In this document: one piece after another, positions 1-12,300 of the stretch
How positions within the stretch are numbered: the stretch's first letter is position 1
How the letters are laid out: each line of letters starts with the position of its first letter
Assembly: GCF_009914755.1 (NCBI RefSeq)
Contig: NC_060925.1
DNA: 64,000 nt
Direction: 5' to 3' (one strand)
Source: the human T2T-CHM13v2.0 reference genome, Homo sapiens
The notes under the pieces: generated by a model
What the model saw: the letters and a program-made list of their open reading frames with translations, nothing else
The model's database searches: none
What the model was told of the DNA's origin: nothing
Program-made: the position numbers and the translations under genes

Positions 1-355
1 TCAGGCAGCCTCTAGAACTGGAACAGGTTCAGAGTGACTCCAGGGCTTCCACATGGTTGGATAACATTTATAGTCAGAAAAGAAAAGTGATGTACAGAAA
101 ATATAACTGAAGTACAGAAATAGATGAATTGGTTAAAACTGAGTGTTTATTTGAACCTGGTTTGAATAGTTTGGCTACCTGTGGTTGACTGAAGTTGGGC
201 TGCCATAATTAGCTGAGAATCATATACTTATTACAATGGTAAGTTTCAGGCTGCTTACACATCAGGTTGGGTTATAATTCATTATATACGGAGAAACCCT
301 TGGGCTGAGCTTAAAATAGGTAAGAAGGCTGCTTTAGGCCAAACTTACTATAACA
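1..355 (-). mobile_element. MER57-family ERV1 LTR (cut by window edge)
   Basis: Reverse complement of 290-355 reads TGTTATAGTAAGTTTGGCCTAAAGCAGCCTTCTTACCTATTTTAAGCTCAGCCCAAGGGTTTCTCCG, matching the recalled MER57 LTR 5' end. Confidence 0.7.
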
Positions 356-630
356 CCACCATTAAAAAATAAAAGATAATAAAATAAACTCTTGTAACTC
401 TTTTCCTGAGACCTTAGATAGGTGTTTGGACTTAGACTGCCATTTCACAGGTTTTCCAGTTCTGGCTAATTTTTTGCATTTTGTTATAGATTTAAATCCA
501 AAAGAGAAGAATGCTTTTGCTTCTTTCTTTTTTCATTTTGATTAGTTTCTCAAACACCTGGAAGACTAATGTAGACCACCCAGAGGAACAAGATCTGAAA
601 CTTACCAGCAGCTCATGATAGTGCAAGACC

Positions 631-740
631 AATGATTGAGACTATAGATCTGAATTATTATTCCATCTCTGCCATTATGTGGCTGTAATATTGAACATGT
701 GACTTAACTTCCCTGTATCTGTCTTTATTTACTATGAGTA
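631..740 (+). mobile_element. MIR SINE fragment
   Basis: Degenerate MIR core (ctctgccatt...ggctgtaatattgaacatgtgacttaacttccctgtatct). Confidence 0.6.
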
Positions 741-1710
741 CTATGAAGTTCAAAACAAATAATGCATTTTTTAAACTTTGCACTTCAAAAAATATAAAAC
801 ATAATGCAAGTGTAAAGCATTGTTACAAAACAAACTTTTATGAAGTAGAGTCTTACAAATTAAACAAAATCTTATGGGTCCTTACGACCACCCACACTGC
901 CATCTGCAAAAGAAAGGAGAAGCTCTTTGTTTTGTTTAATTTTGTTGCTGTATTCTTTGGCAAAAGCAACAACATGTCTAGCTGCTAGAGCCATAATAGA
1001 AGCAACAATGGTAACAGCAGTCTCTGTTCAGCAATCAACTATATCTATAAAATATAGCACCAGTCACCAACAGTTAAAAACTCACACTAAAAATCTATGT
1101 GCTTAGTTTTCCCTTACCTACCTCAGATTGTCTGCTAAGCATATGGGATGGAACATCTGAGTGTTTAAATAATTTGATGAGGCAGAACTTTTAGAACAAC
1201 TGCCCTCTTTTCCCATAATATGAAAGCCGCATCCTTATAATAATCTTCCATGAATTCTTCCTAGAAAATTAATCTCGTGGAATATTGCTGGATGGCACAT
1301 TTCCTCATTATTAGCCTTTCTAAGAATATCTGAAATAACAGATTTCTTAGCCTGACCTGTTTGGATTGCAAATGATGGAAACCCAACTCAAGCCAGCTTG
1401 ACAAAAAAGGGACTTTAATGTCTCAATTTTGAAGTTCAGGATTCATGTCGCACTGGCCTATTCCTGTGGCATCATACTTCCACATAATTAATTTCACAGT
1501 AACAATGTGACATCACTGAACATGGAGTTGGGAAGAGAGTTGTACAGTTAGCTTTTGAAAATTAGGACAAACCAAGTCCAGCATATGTCTACCTATATGC
1601 TAGGCATGGTGCTTTGTGCCAAAGCTATGGAGTTAAGTAAAACATGGTCCCTTTCCTGACATAGGGAATTAGAAGGGAAGAAGGGGGCTCTGTAACATAT
1701 ATTTCAATAT

Positions 1711-1806
1711 CCAGATGCCAGGTACTCAATTCCGTTCTCTATTTGTTATAAGAACTTACCGGATGCCAGGTACTCAATTCCATTCTCTATTTGTTATGAG
1801 AGCTTA
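1711..1806. repeat. 48-bp tandem duplication (2 copies)
   Basis: 1711-1758 and 1759-1806 are identical at 44/48 positions. Confidence 0.95.
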
Positions 1807-2000
1807 GACTCTGAATCCATACTACTTGTGCTTAAATGCCAGTTCTACTATTTATTAACTGTTAGATCTTCAGCAAATTACTTAACCTCTCTGTGCCAGT
1901 TCCCTAATCTAGAGAAAGGGGATAGTAGTAGCATCTCCTTCATAGAGTTGTTTTGGGAATGAAATCAGTCTATACATGCAAAACAGAATAAATTCTCATT
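1800..2000 (+). mobile_element. MIR SINE
   Basis: MIR core (gcaaattacttaacctctctgtgcc...gggatagtagtagcatctccttcatagagttgtt). Confidence 0.75.
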
Positions 2001-2089
2001 CATGGTGACTTCTTACTAAAGATTGGCTATTGATATATTTTTATTGCCATTTTTCTATTTTCATAAAAATCTCTTTGATTTGTGGGTAT

Positions 2090-2460
2090 CAATATCTCCA
2101 GTGAAGAAACTGAGAGGTTAAATGACTTGCCCAAAGACACATATAATATATAATATGATTAAGCTGGTATTTGACTCTAGCTCTATATAATTACAAGTCT
2201 CATATGGTTTTACGTCCACACCAGTAACACAGGACTGTTTATCATATGCCTATTCTGAACCACCTACAATACTAGGAGCTTTAAATATATTTTCTAGTGT
2301 ATTATTTACAACAGTACAATGCATCAAAATTTTCTATTTCTGCTTTGCATATAAGATAACAGGGAATCAGAGAGGCTAAGTAATTCCTGTGGCTATACAG
2401 TGAGCTGGGATTTAAACCAAGTCTGCCAGATTTATAGAAATGTGTTCTTAATTACTCTGC
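2090..2460 (-). mobile_element. Two MIR fragments
   Basis: gaagaaactgagaggttaaatgacttgcccaaagacac and cagagaggctaagtaatt...gagctgggatttaaaccaagtctg. Confidence 0.65.
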
Positions 2461-3896
2461 TAAATGACTTACAACTATTTTAACCATTATTTTGAGTCAT
2501 GTTTCTTCATTTTACCCTGAAATAGGATGTGGTACATTGGTAACATGGTAGGTGCGCTACAAGAGATGGGAGTATAATACATATCAGCAATGTAATGAGG
2601 AGAGGGAGTGAGATTTGATTTTGTTTTTTCTTATAGCAGGAGCAGAGAATCCTTCTCTGGATCTTGTTAGATAAATTGTAAAAGACTGATGGGGGTGGAT
2701 TGTGCATTTCTTGCAAAGGAGACAGCCTGAAGAAAAGCACAGAGGCTTGAGAGCATGCCTATGTTTGGTGAATGGCAGCAGACCAGAGAGGTATTATGGG
2801 ATGAACAAGTGAAGATGGAAAAGTTGGCCTTGATCATCGAGGGTTTTCAAGCACATGCTAAGGAATTTGGACTTAATTCTATGGTACTAAAAAGGCACTG
2901 AAATTTTTTGAGAAAAGGAATTTAATGAACTGGTTTTTATTTAGAAAAACTAGGCTTGTAGCAATATGTAAGGACAGACTGGAGCAGCGGGAGACTGAAG
3001 CCAGAAAGATGAGTTATATGTTATTCCAATAGCTTATGCAAGAGATTATGTAAGCTAGAATTAGGGAGGGGTTTGAGAGCAATAGATGACTTTGGGAAAT
3101 ACTTAGGAAGTATTGTTAACAGTATTACCTCTGCTAATTAAAAAATAACTCAGCATACAAAGTAACAACATTTTAATGCAACAGATCGGTATTGACTAGA
3201 AGACTTTCAGAAGTCTGTATCAACCAGCTACTAGAAGTTTTTCAAAACTTACTATTTGCCGTGTGCCATTGCAAGCCTTTTACGTGCATTATCAAGTAGT
3301 TACTATTATATCTCTAATTTGCAGATGAGAACAAGAAAGATCGGAGAGGCCAAACAATTTGCTCAGTTACACAGTTAGAGAGTGACGAAGCCCACACTAT
3401 TTTCCTAGCAACTCACATTATACACAAATCAACACATTGATTTAGGCCAGGACCTTCCTCTCTGGTGTAGATGGTTGCAATAGCTTCTCAGGTGGTCTTT
3501 GTACTTCTACTTCCTACCTATCTCTTCTTTACTGATCAGCTGGAATAATATTTTTGAAAACATAAACAAAAGTCACTCCTCTGCTCAAAATCTTTGCACG
3601 GTTTCCTGCTGTACTTGGAATACAACCCCAAGTCCTTTCCTAGGGCACTAGCCTTGTATTGGCCTTGATCACTGCTCCTGCCCACCTCATACCACTTGTC
3701 ATTTGGCCATTATAGTCCAACAACATCCACTCATCCGCTTTCTCGCAGGCCCTGGAATATTCTAAGCACTTTCCCATCTCAGGGCGTTGTGAATGCTGTT
3801 TCCTCTACCTGCTCTCATCCTCCCACTCTTTATCAACTAAGTTCTCACATACACATGTTTGATCTCAAGCTGTGTGTGTTTACTTGTTTGTTATTT

Positions 3897-4130
3897 GAAG
3901 CACTATGCTGAGCCATAGTGGAATCTGAGGTAAAAGGAAAAATAAGTAATATTGACTCTGAGTTTATGTAATATTTTGATTTTTTCCCATGAAGGAATTT
4001 TGCATTAATTTTTATTTTAAAAATATTGTATTAAAATTGTATTTATCTTGATTACTGAGTATTTTGGTGTCCCCTTAAAATTCTCACCAAAGACAAGTGC
4101 CTCGCTCACCTCACCCTTTTTCCAGTACTG
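3897..4130 (-). mobile_element. MER96-like hAT DNA transposon inside an L2 remnant
   Basis: tatcttgattactgagtattttggtgtccccttaaaatt...gcctcgctcacctcaccct resembles the recalled MER96B reverse complement; L2-like sequence flanks it (about 3430-4270). Confidence 0.6.
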
Positions 4131-5693
4131 GTCATTGTCTGTCCCACCAAACTGTAAGTAAACTTCAGGGGTTCAGGGACTATGCCTGTTTTGTTCACTA
4201 CTATACTCATTGTGTGCGACAGATTGTCATGGTGAAGCAACAAATGAAATTTGTTGAATCATTGAATGAAATGTTAGGGATTTCACCAGTAATGTTCAAA
4301 TGTATCATCTCATTTCATCATCATGGTAACTCTGTGATTTGGGTATTCTCTCCTGTTTGTAGATGAAGATAGTGATGCTTAAAGATGTTAAGTAACTTGG
4401 CCAACGTAGATACACAATTAATTAGTATATCGCAGAGGTAGAATTTGAATCCAAGCCTCTGATTTTACATCCAGGTATTTTCTACTACACCAGCTCCTGT
4501 CTGAAGGTTTATTTAAACAAAGGCTGAGTAGACATTAATCAGGGCTGCAGAAAGAAGTTCTGGATTTTACAGGAAGCTGGATGAGTTGACTTCAAGTTCT
4601 CTTTAGATACTTAATATTTTTTAATTCTATGATCACTACCTTATAATAAGCCGATTAGAACTTGGTAAAATCAGTTTCTTAATTTGCAAAATGGGAATAA
4701 TAGTATGGATCAAACTGAGTTGTTTAGAACGTTAAATAGAATGGTCTGTGTAAGTTGCCTAATACAGTGTTTGTTATAGAGGAGGTGGCAAATTTTAGTA
4801 ATTAATTGTAATAATAACAATAAGCAACTTAGGTGAGAGTGAAAACCCTGGACATGTGGAGCAAAATAACTTCTCTTTCACTCTGTTTCCATGGAAAGTG
4901 CCGTTTCTCCAGTCGGAAGAAGAGAGTTAGACTCACTGTCTCACTTCTGTACTTGCCTTCCTGATGGGAGGTGGGCCATTCAATCTTGTTTTGAAGTTGA
5001 GGATCTTAAGGCTCTGAGAACAACTTCCAGAATCTCCTAGTTTTTGCCTAACACTCCTAGCTTCTTTATTTTTCACGTGGAAGTAATTCTAATAGACTCC
5101 AACCTGGTTCTTTCTGGTCCTTCTTTTCTAGTCACCCAGATGGCCTGACACTTGAGAGGGACACGGAATAAGCACCATCTTACAAAGATATTCTTTCCAT
5201 TAAAAGCAGCATTACCTAGAAAACACATGGCCGAGGCAGTGGGAGTAGGGGGAGAAGAGCGATGTTTTATCTCCTGACAGTAAAGTCACAATGAGTGTTT
5301 CATGAAAGAGGATATGGTTTCAATCAGCTGAGGTTGCATGTGGGAACCTCCTGGCTCCTCTCTTTCACTTTTTCTTATGCCAGAATCTTACTGCAAAAAG
5401 GCTGAACCATGCCACTGATAGAATTTTATCCAGTGTAGTACTCACCCCTGGGGTCAACTTCATAACTTCTAGCATGATGTGGATCTCATAGCAAGCACCC
5501 AATAAACACACGTTGAGTGACTGATAAAACATAAGTCTATAACAGACAACTTTACACACATGCTCACAGATTTACAGTCCTCTGGTGTGAGACATGTGTT
5601 TAGACACTTTCTCCTTTGGGTTCCTTTTCGTATTTTTGTCTTTCACTTTTCTGGTTCATCTGTTACACCCCCTCCCATTTTTACATATACTCT

Positions 5694-5734
5694 CACGTGC
5701 GTGCATGCGCGCGCACACACACACACACACACAC
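5694..5734. repeat. Alternating purine-pyrimidine tract ending in (CA)n
   Basis: cacgtgcgtgcatgcgcgcg followed by (ca)n; 41 bp of uninterrupted alternation. Confidence 0.95.
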
Positions 5735-6033
5735 CCCTCAGGATCAAAAAGATATGGAGATATAATAAATCAGTTTTGCTTATATTAAAAGCAAACTGAA
5801 GACTAACAACTTTCTCAGCAAAATTTCTCATTCTGCCGCTAGTCCATTTGTTTTGAAAATGCAAACAAGGCTTAACTGAGTTTGCTTCATTATCTGTACA
5901 ATTTAATATTCTGTATCATTTTTAGGATGAGTTGGTAAGACATAGCTGCCTCTTCAAACCTGAGTGAAGCACACAGAGGAGCAAGTTCTGAGACTGGGAA
6001 GTAAATAGAGGGAAAATGAGGTGAAAATATGTA

Positions 6034-6258
6034 TAGGCTGGATATCCCTTCTCTGAAATGCTTGGGACCAGAAGTGTTTTGAATTTTGGACTTTGGAATA
6101 TTTGCATTATACTTACCAGTTGAGCATCCCAAATTTGAAAATCCTAGATCCAAAATGCTCCAATGAGCATTTCCTTTGAGCACTAGGTTGGTGCTCAAAA
6201 GTTCTGGATTTAGGGGCATTTTGGATTTTGGGTTTTTGAATTTAGGATGTTCAATATA
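6034..6258 (+). mobile_element. Tigger4 (MER46/Zombi) non-autonomous DNA transposon
   Basis: atcccttctctgaaatgcttgggaccagaagtgttt and internal ttgagcatccc...aaaatgctccaatgagcatttcctttgagc; preceded by TA. Confidence 0.8.
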
Positions 6259-6988
6259 TTTAAAAGGGGTGGCAAGATAGGTCAAAGACAGAATGGCACA
6301 GCATAGAAAGATAAATGGAAAAACAAGGTATTATTTATTCAGCTGCCATTGCTAAAGACTGTGTGATGTGACAGGCAAGCCAAGAAACCCACCATGTATT
6401 TTATATCACAGTGAATACAAGTATCTATCTAGTAGCGATGGGATGCAGTGGAGGGTATTTAAGATAATATGAAGGCTGTATTATCACTTGGGCAAACAGG
6501 AATGGGAGACTCCAGTGTGTGTATAACTAGGGAGTTCAGGAAGTCAGCAACTTGGAGATCCACCAGTGAATAAGTACATGTGCCCCAAGTTTTGAAGATC
6601 AGGCACTTGAAATGGAGTGACTGGTGAGATCAAAGCATGCCCCAGTCTTGCTGGGAAGTGCACTGTAGCCAACTACAAAAACTGGTCACAAATTATTTTC
6701 ATCTCATTCCCTCTACCCACGCCCTTTGAAATGTAAAGATTGCAGCTCCTCCCATCTATTCTTCACCCATTCATTGGACTTATTTTGTCTAATATGTTGC
6801 AAGTAGGTGCTTGAAAATGACTTGCTTATTGGGGCTTGTCTTTTCTCTTGCTGTTGTTAGAAGTCCTGCTGTCACCACCATTTGATAATTTCCAGGCTAG
6901 CCTATTGTGTGATGAGAGATATACACTTTAATCACCCTCATCACTCAAGCTAGCAAACATCAGCCTACCATCAGAAGCAGAACCATCT

Positions 6989-7861
6989 TGAGAGGTGAAG
7001 CCAGCTGGGCTTCTAGGTCTGGTGGGGACTTGGAGAACTTTTCTGTCTAGCTAAAGGTTTGTAAACGCACCTATCAGTGCTCTGTGTCTAGCTAATCAGG
7101 TGGAGACTTAGAGAACTTTTCTGTCTAGCTAAAGGATTGTAAAAGCACCAATCAGAACTCTGTGTGTAGCTAAAGGTTTGTAAACGTACCAATCAGTGCT
7201 CTGTGTCTAGCTAATCAGGTGGGGACTTAGAGAACTTTTGTGTCTAGCTAAAGGATTGTAAATGCACCAATCAGCACTTTCGTGTCTAGCCAAAGGATTG
7301 TAAGTGCACCAATCAGCACTCTGTCAAAACGGACCAATCAGCTCTCTGAAAATGGACCAATCAGCCATCTGTAAAATGGACCAATCAGCAGGATGTGGGT
7401 GGGGCCAGATAAGGGAATAAAAGCAGGCCACGGAGCCAGCAGCCGCAACCCACTGGGGTCCCCTATCCACGCTGTGGAAGCTGTGTTGTTTCCTTCTCCG
7501 CAATAAATCTTGCTGCTGCCCAGTCTTTGGGTCTGCTCCACCTTTATGAGCTGTAACACTCACTGAGAAGGTCTGCAGCTTCACTCCTGAAGCCGGTGAG
7601 ACCATGAACCCCCCAGGAGGGACAAACAACTCCGGATGCGCCACCTTTCTGAACTGTAACGTTCACCACGAAGGTTTGCAGCTTCACTCCTGAGGCCAGC
7701 GAGACCAAGAACCCACCAGAAGGAAGAAACTCCGAACACATCTGAACATCCGAAGGAACAAACTCTGGACATACCATCTTTAAGAACTGTAACACTCACT
7801 GCGAGGTCCGTGCTTCATTCTTCAAGTCAGCAAGACGAAGAACCCATCAATTCTGGACACA
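6989..7861 (+). mobile_element. LTR12 (HERV9) solo LTR
   Basis: Starts TGAGAGGTGAAGCCAGCTGGGCTTC, ends CAATTCTGGACACA; tandem CCAATCAG repeats; 4-bp TSD ATCT (6985-6988) / GTCT (7862-7865). Confidence 0.95.
7148..7422 (+). promoter_or_regulatory. LTR12 U3 promoter: NF-Y box array, GATA site and AATAAAA TATA-like element
   Basis: CCAAT at 7148, 7189, 7267, 7309, 7334, 7357, 7381; AGATAA 7407-7412; AATAAAA 7416-7422. Confidence 0.7.
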
Positions 7862-7869
7862 GTCTAACT

Positions 7870-8302
7870 CAGTGATGCCAACCTTTTTGACAGCAGGGAC
7901 TGGTTTCCTGAAAGACAATTTTTCCACAGATCCAGTGGTGGATCAAGGGAGATGATTTTGGTATGAAACTGTTTCACCTCAGATAGGCAGGCATTAGTTA
8001 CATTCTCATTCTCATAAGGAGCACACACCTAGATTCCTTGCATGTGCAGTTCACAACAGGGTTCACACTCTGAGAATGTAATGCTGCTGCTGATCTGACA
8101 GGAAGTGCAGCTGAGGTAGTAATGCTCGCTCACCTGCCACTCACCTCCTGCTGCATGGTATCAACAGATCCAATGAGTAAATGATAATAATCTACTAATA
8201 GTTAACACTTCTCTGGTGTTTACTATGTACTAGGCATTATTTTAAGTTCCTATCACGCCATGGACTGGTACTGGTCAGTGGCCCAGGGGTTAGGGAACTC
8301 TG
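7870..8302 (-). mobile_element. MER1B hAT-Charlie DNA transposon with a 92-bp foreign insert
   Basis: Matches recalled MER1B reverse complement (ccaacctttttg...gaaactgtttcacctcagat...gcccaggggttagggaactctg); 8-bp TSD GTCTAACT 7862-7869 / ATCTAACT 8303-8310. Confidence 0.88.
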
Positions 8303-9339
8303 ATCTAACTGACCAGCAATTAGTTGCCTTTGGCACATGAGTGAGCTTGGCTATGACCAGCAGAAGCAGCATCCAGCCAAGCAAAGTTCAAATTGTCAAC
8401 ACACAGAATTAAAAACTAAATTGATGATACTGTTTTCATCTACTAAGTTTCGAAGTGGTTTTCTTCTTTTAAATGCATCAAAAAATAATTGATATATTAA
8501 TTCAAAGGTTTCAGATAGGTCATTAGTCCAGTTCTTTGGGAACAAGAATTCGGTAAACAGAAAATCTCAGTCTTGGGAACAAACCAGGAAGACAGTGGTA
8601 AAAAATTGAGTAAACACAAGGACAGATTCTTACATATAAGGCAGAAGCAAATTTGTGAAATTTTGGAACCTCATATCAGAGCCAGGCAGCTTTAAGTGAA
8701 CATGTTTAATGGCATAATATGGACTCACATTTGTAAGCAATTCCTGGGTCAGTTCAGAGTTGTTGCTGGGAAATTTTTTGAATTTTTCTACCCATATTTT
8801 CAGCCTATTCTTCATAGAAGCTATTCCATATATTTTTCAAGCTCTTCAGATCTCAGACCATCCTTTGTTTTTCTCTCTCACTTGATGACCTTCCCTCCCA
8901 TGTCACAGTGAAAATGAGAGCAACCACTTAAAAACTAAGTCAACTTTCTATCACCAAAGGTACAGATTTAACCAACTGCATCCAGATTTGCTTCTTTCTC
9001 CCCAAAATGATGTAACCTCCACATGCTTGAGGTTAATCCTTGTATCTGTGCTTTACATCCATCTAGAGGACCTTACCATCTATCTTCTCTTTCCTCTGTG
9101 TCTTTGATGTCCTTCCTTTTACTCAGTCTTTCTAATCAGAGTGTAAATATGCCAATCATTTCCATTTTAAAAAGTTTCCCTTACTTTGTTCTTGAATGAT
9201 CCTCCTATTTCTCTCTTCTTCACTCTCAAGCTTTGGGGTAAAGTGGTACACACTGCTGCAGTGTCCTCCCTGCAATTTATCTTCCAACTGTGTTCAATTT
9301 TGTTTTTGCCCTCAACCTCCATGAAATTGCATTCACCTG

Positions 9340-12300
9340 AAGTTGGAAGCAGAAGGCAGGAATTAAAAAAGAAACAGCAAATATTTATGATTTAGATAAC
9401 AGATAATAATTAGAGAAAATAATACAAAAATGTACTCAAAGGTGGCAGTTGGGGGAAAACGTTGATCACTACTTGCTAACAAAATCAAGAAAAATGCATA
9501 AACTTTTGTGCTTTCTCTGAAGCACAAAATCACAAAATAAGAAATAGTCACATATTTAGAGAAAAATAAAAGACTATGATATTCTGCTTAACATTATGCA
9601 TGCAAATATTTTTAAATTTGATTAAAATAGACGTTTATTTAGGTAAGTATAAATGATAAGTTCTAACTCCAGAAGAAATGGAAAATTTAAACAATATTCA
9701 TGGAGGAAATAGAAGTTGTCAATGAGCTACCCCTTCCAAAAGTACTCCCGATCCAGATGTTGATAAGAAAATTCTACCAAACATTGAAGGAATTCCTAAC
9801 TGCTCCTGAATGCAAAAATTGCATGCATTTTCTAAAAGATTACCTAAGAAAAGGAAATTATAGATCAAATTAATGTATTAATATCAGTGTGAGAATCCTA
9901 AATGAAATATTAACAAATATAATTTAGCCACTGAAAGACTAATTGCTGTTAAAAAGATGGGATTTATTCAAGAAATGCAGAATGGTCCCATGGGACTAAA
10001 TCTAATAATATAATTTATGGTATAAACAGATCTAATGAGAAAATGATAATAATGTACTAATAGTTAACACTTCTCTGGTGTTTACTATGTACCAGGCATT
10101 ATGTTAAGCACTTTAAATATGTTAACTCACGTCTCACAGCTTCCATATGAAATAAGAAACATTATTTTTACCAGTTCATACATAAACTGTTAATGAAAGA
10201 CATTTAAAATTCATCCAGGATTATATACCCTGGTAATTGACAGAGATACTTCAGACTCTGCCTTCTAAACCATTATGGTGCACTGCTACTCTTTCATCAT
10301 CTTCGTTGATCCTGAAATATCATTTGATACAATTCAACATTCATCCCTGTTTATTAAAATTTACTCCTAAAACAGGGATGTTTCCTTAATATGATAAAAT
10401 ATATCTAACTTCTTGTTAAAATGCAGGTTACACTTAATGGAGAAACCATTAGAAACATTCAGACTAAAATAAAGGACAGAGGAAGGACGCTCATTATTAC
10501 TACCATTATTTAACATTTTTTGGAGGTACTAGCAAACACAATGAAACAATAGAACAAAATTTGAAATTGAAAATTTAGAAAGAAATTATCTTCATGTGAA
10601 GACAATATGATTGTTTACCTGGAAAACCCAAAATAACAATATTTAAAAAATTATAAGCGGTAAGATATATCAGGAAGATAGTAGACGCTCCTTAGCCCAG
10701 TCATTTCCCAGCCACAAGGGTGGCCCTGGCGTGAGACCAGCAGAACTGCCCAGCTGCATCCAGTCCAAATTGTTGACCCACAGGACTATGAGCAAATAAA
10801 ATGGTATTGTGTTAAGCTAGTAAATATTTGACTGCTTTATTACCCAGCAATAGATAACTGAAACACAGTATATGACAAACATGGCATGTCAAATCAGTGA
10901 AGAAAATATTCATTACTTAGTAAATGTATTTGGAGAACTTGGTAGTCATCTAGCAATAAATTAATTCAGATTCATATCTTATTCATACTTTATAATAGGA
11001 TTAATTCCAAATAAATAAAATATTCAAATTTGAAAAATGAAACCATAAGGTACTATAGGAAATCACAGAAAATTTTTATATATATATAACTGTGGGAGTG
11101 AGAAGAGCATTCTAACTAGACATTAAACACAAAAATCATAAAAGATTGATAGATTTGACAATGAAAAAATGAAAACTTCCTGCATGGCAGAAAATCATGG
11201 GGGAAAAAATCAAAAGACAGATTACAAACTGGCCAAAATATTTTTTAAACATATCACAGACAAAGGATTAATTTGATTAATATATAAAGAACTCATGTAA
11301 ATATTATAAAAAATGAATAGATTGAACATAAAAATAAAAAAATAATTTTAACATGCCAGTCACAGAAAAGGAAATACAAATAGTTCTTAAACATATAAAG
11401 ACATATGCATAATTATATATATCAGTGTTGGTTCATCAGTTATAACAAGTGCACCACTCCGGGTAGCTGGGGGCGGGGGGTGTGCATAATGGGGGAGGCT
11501 ATGTTTGTGTGGGAGCGGGGGATAAAAGAGAAATATTACACACACACAATCTATGAATCAATAAGGAAAAAAAATTATCAAATGTCACAAATAAACATTC
11601 CCTGAAAAAGAAACCCAAATAACACAAATGGCCAATGAATACATGAGAAGACATATCTGTACTAGTCAAGAAAACACATAATAAAATTACAGTGGTATAC
11701 CATGTAAGCTTACCATATTGTCAAAAATTAAATTGACACTGACTTTTTGGAAAGACTGGAATAATGAGAACTCTTATACATGTATTGCCAGTGTAGTTTG
11801 CTACCAATATTGTGTGAAATAATTTAACATTATCCAGCAAAGTTAAAAGAGTGAACACTCTAAAACAGTTATTCCACTCCCAGGAGAAGCACCTATACTG
11901 CAATAGGACAGGTGAGTAAGAATTTTCACAGCAGAATTATTCTTCATAGCAAAACAAAAACAAAAAGAATCATCCAAAAAGCAATGGCAACTACCCACAT
12001 ACCTATTTCCTGAAGAAATTTAAAACAAACTATAGAATAGTACACAGCAGTGAAAAGTGTTGCACCACCAAACACAAAAAAGCATAGATGACTCTCGTAA
12101 ATAATGTTGAGCCAAAAAAAATGTCAAGTTAGTATTTACTTCTGAGGGGAAGGAAAAAATTGATGTGACTTGGGAAGAAAGCAGAAACTTCAAAAGAATT
12201 GTTGACATATTTTTCTAAGTTGAGTGATGGGTACATGATTGTTTTTAAACCACAGATAGATGTATAATCACAAATTGTTTTTCAATTAAAAATAACAATT
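9340..12300 (+). mobile_element. Ancient L1M (L1ME-like) ORF2 and 3' remnants, interrupted by MIR (about 10040-10290), an MLT1 3' fragment (about 10690-10866) and an L1MC-like 3' fragment (about 11420-11520)
   Basis: Degenerate ORF2 motifs (gggatttattcaagaaatgcag; gacaatatgattgtttacctggaaaacccaaa); A-rich plus strand. Confidence 0.7.

Larger units (their letters stand above)
6664..8496 (+). mobile_element. MLT1 (MaLR) LTR split by LTR12 and MER1B; own sequence about 6664-6988 and 8303-8496
   Basis: 5' part tgtagcc...acgccctttgaaatgt...ttgcagctcctcccatc; 3' part cacatgagtgagc...aattgtcaacacacagaatt...ctaagtttcgaagtggtt...aattgatata. Confidence 0.65.

Noticed and set aside
5890-6285. 131-aa minus-strand ORF
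   Set aside because: Mostly Tigger4 MITE sequence; non-ATG start and no recognisable domain.
7020-7400. Regularly spaced repeats resembling a CRISPR array
   Set aside because: These are LTR12 U3 tandem repeats with no unique spacers, in a eukaryotic context.
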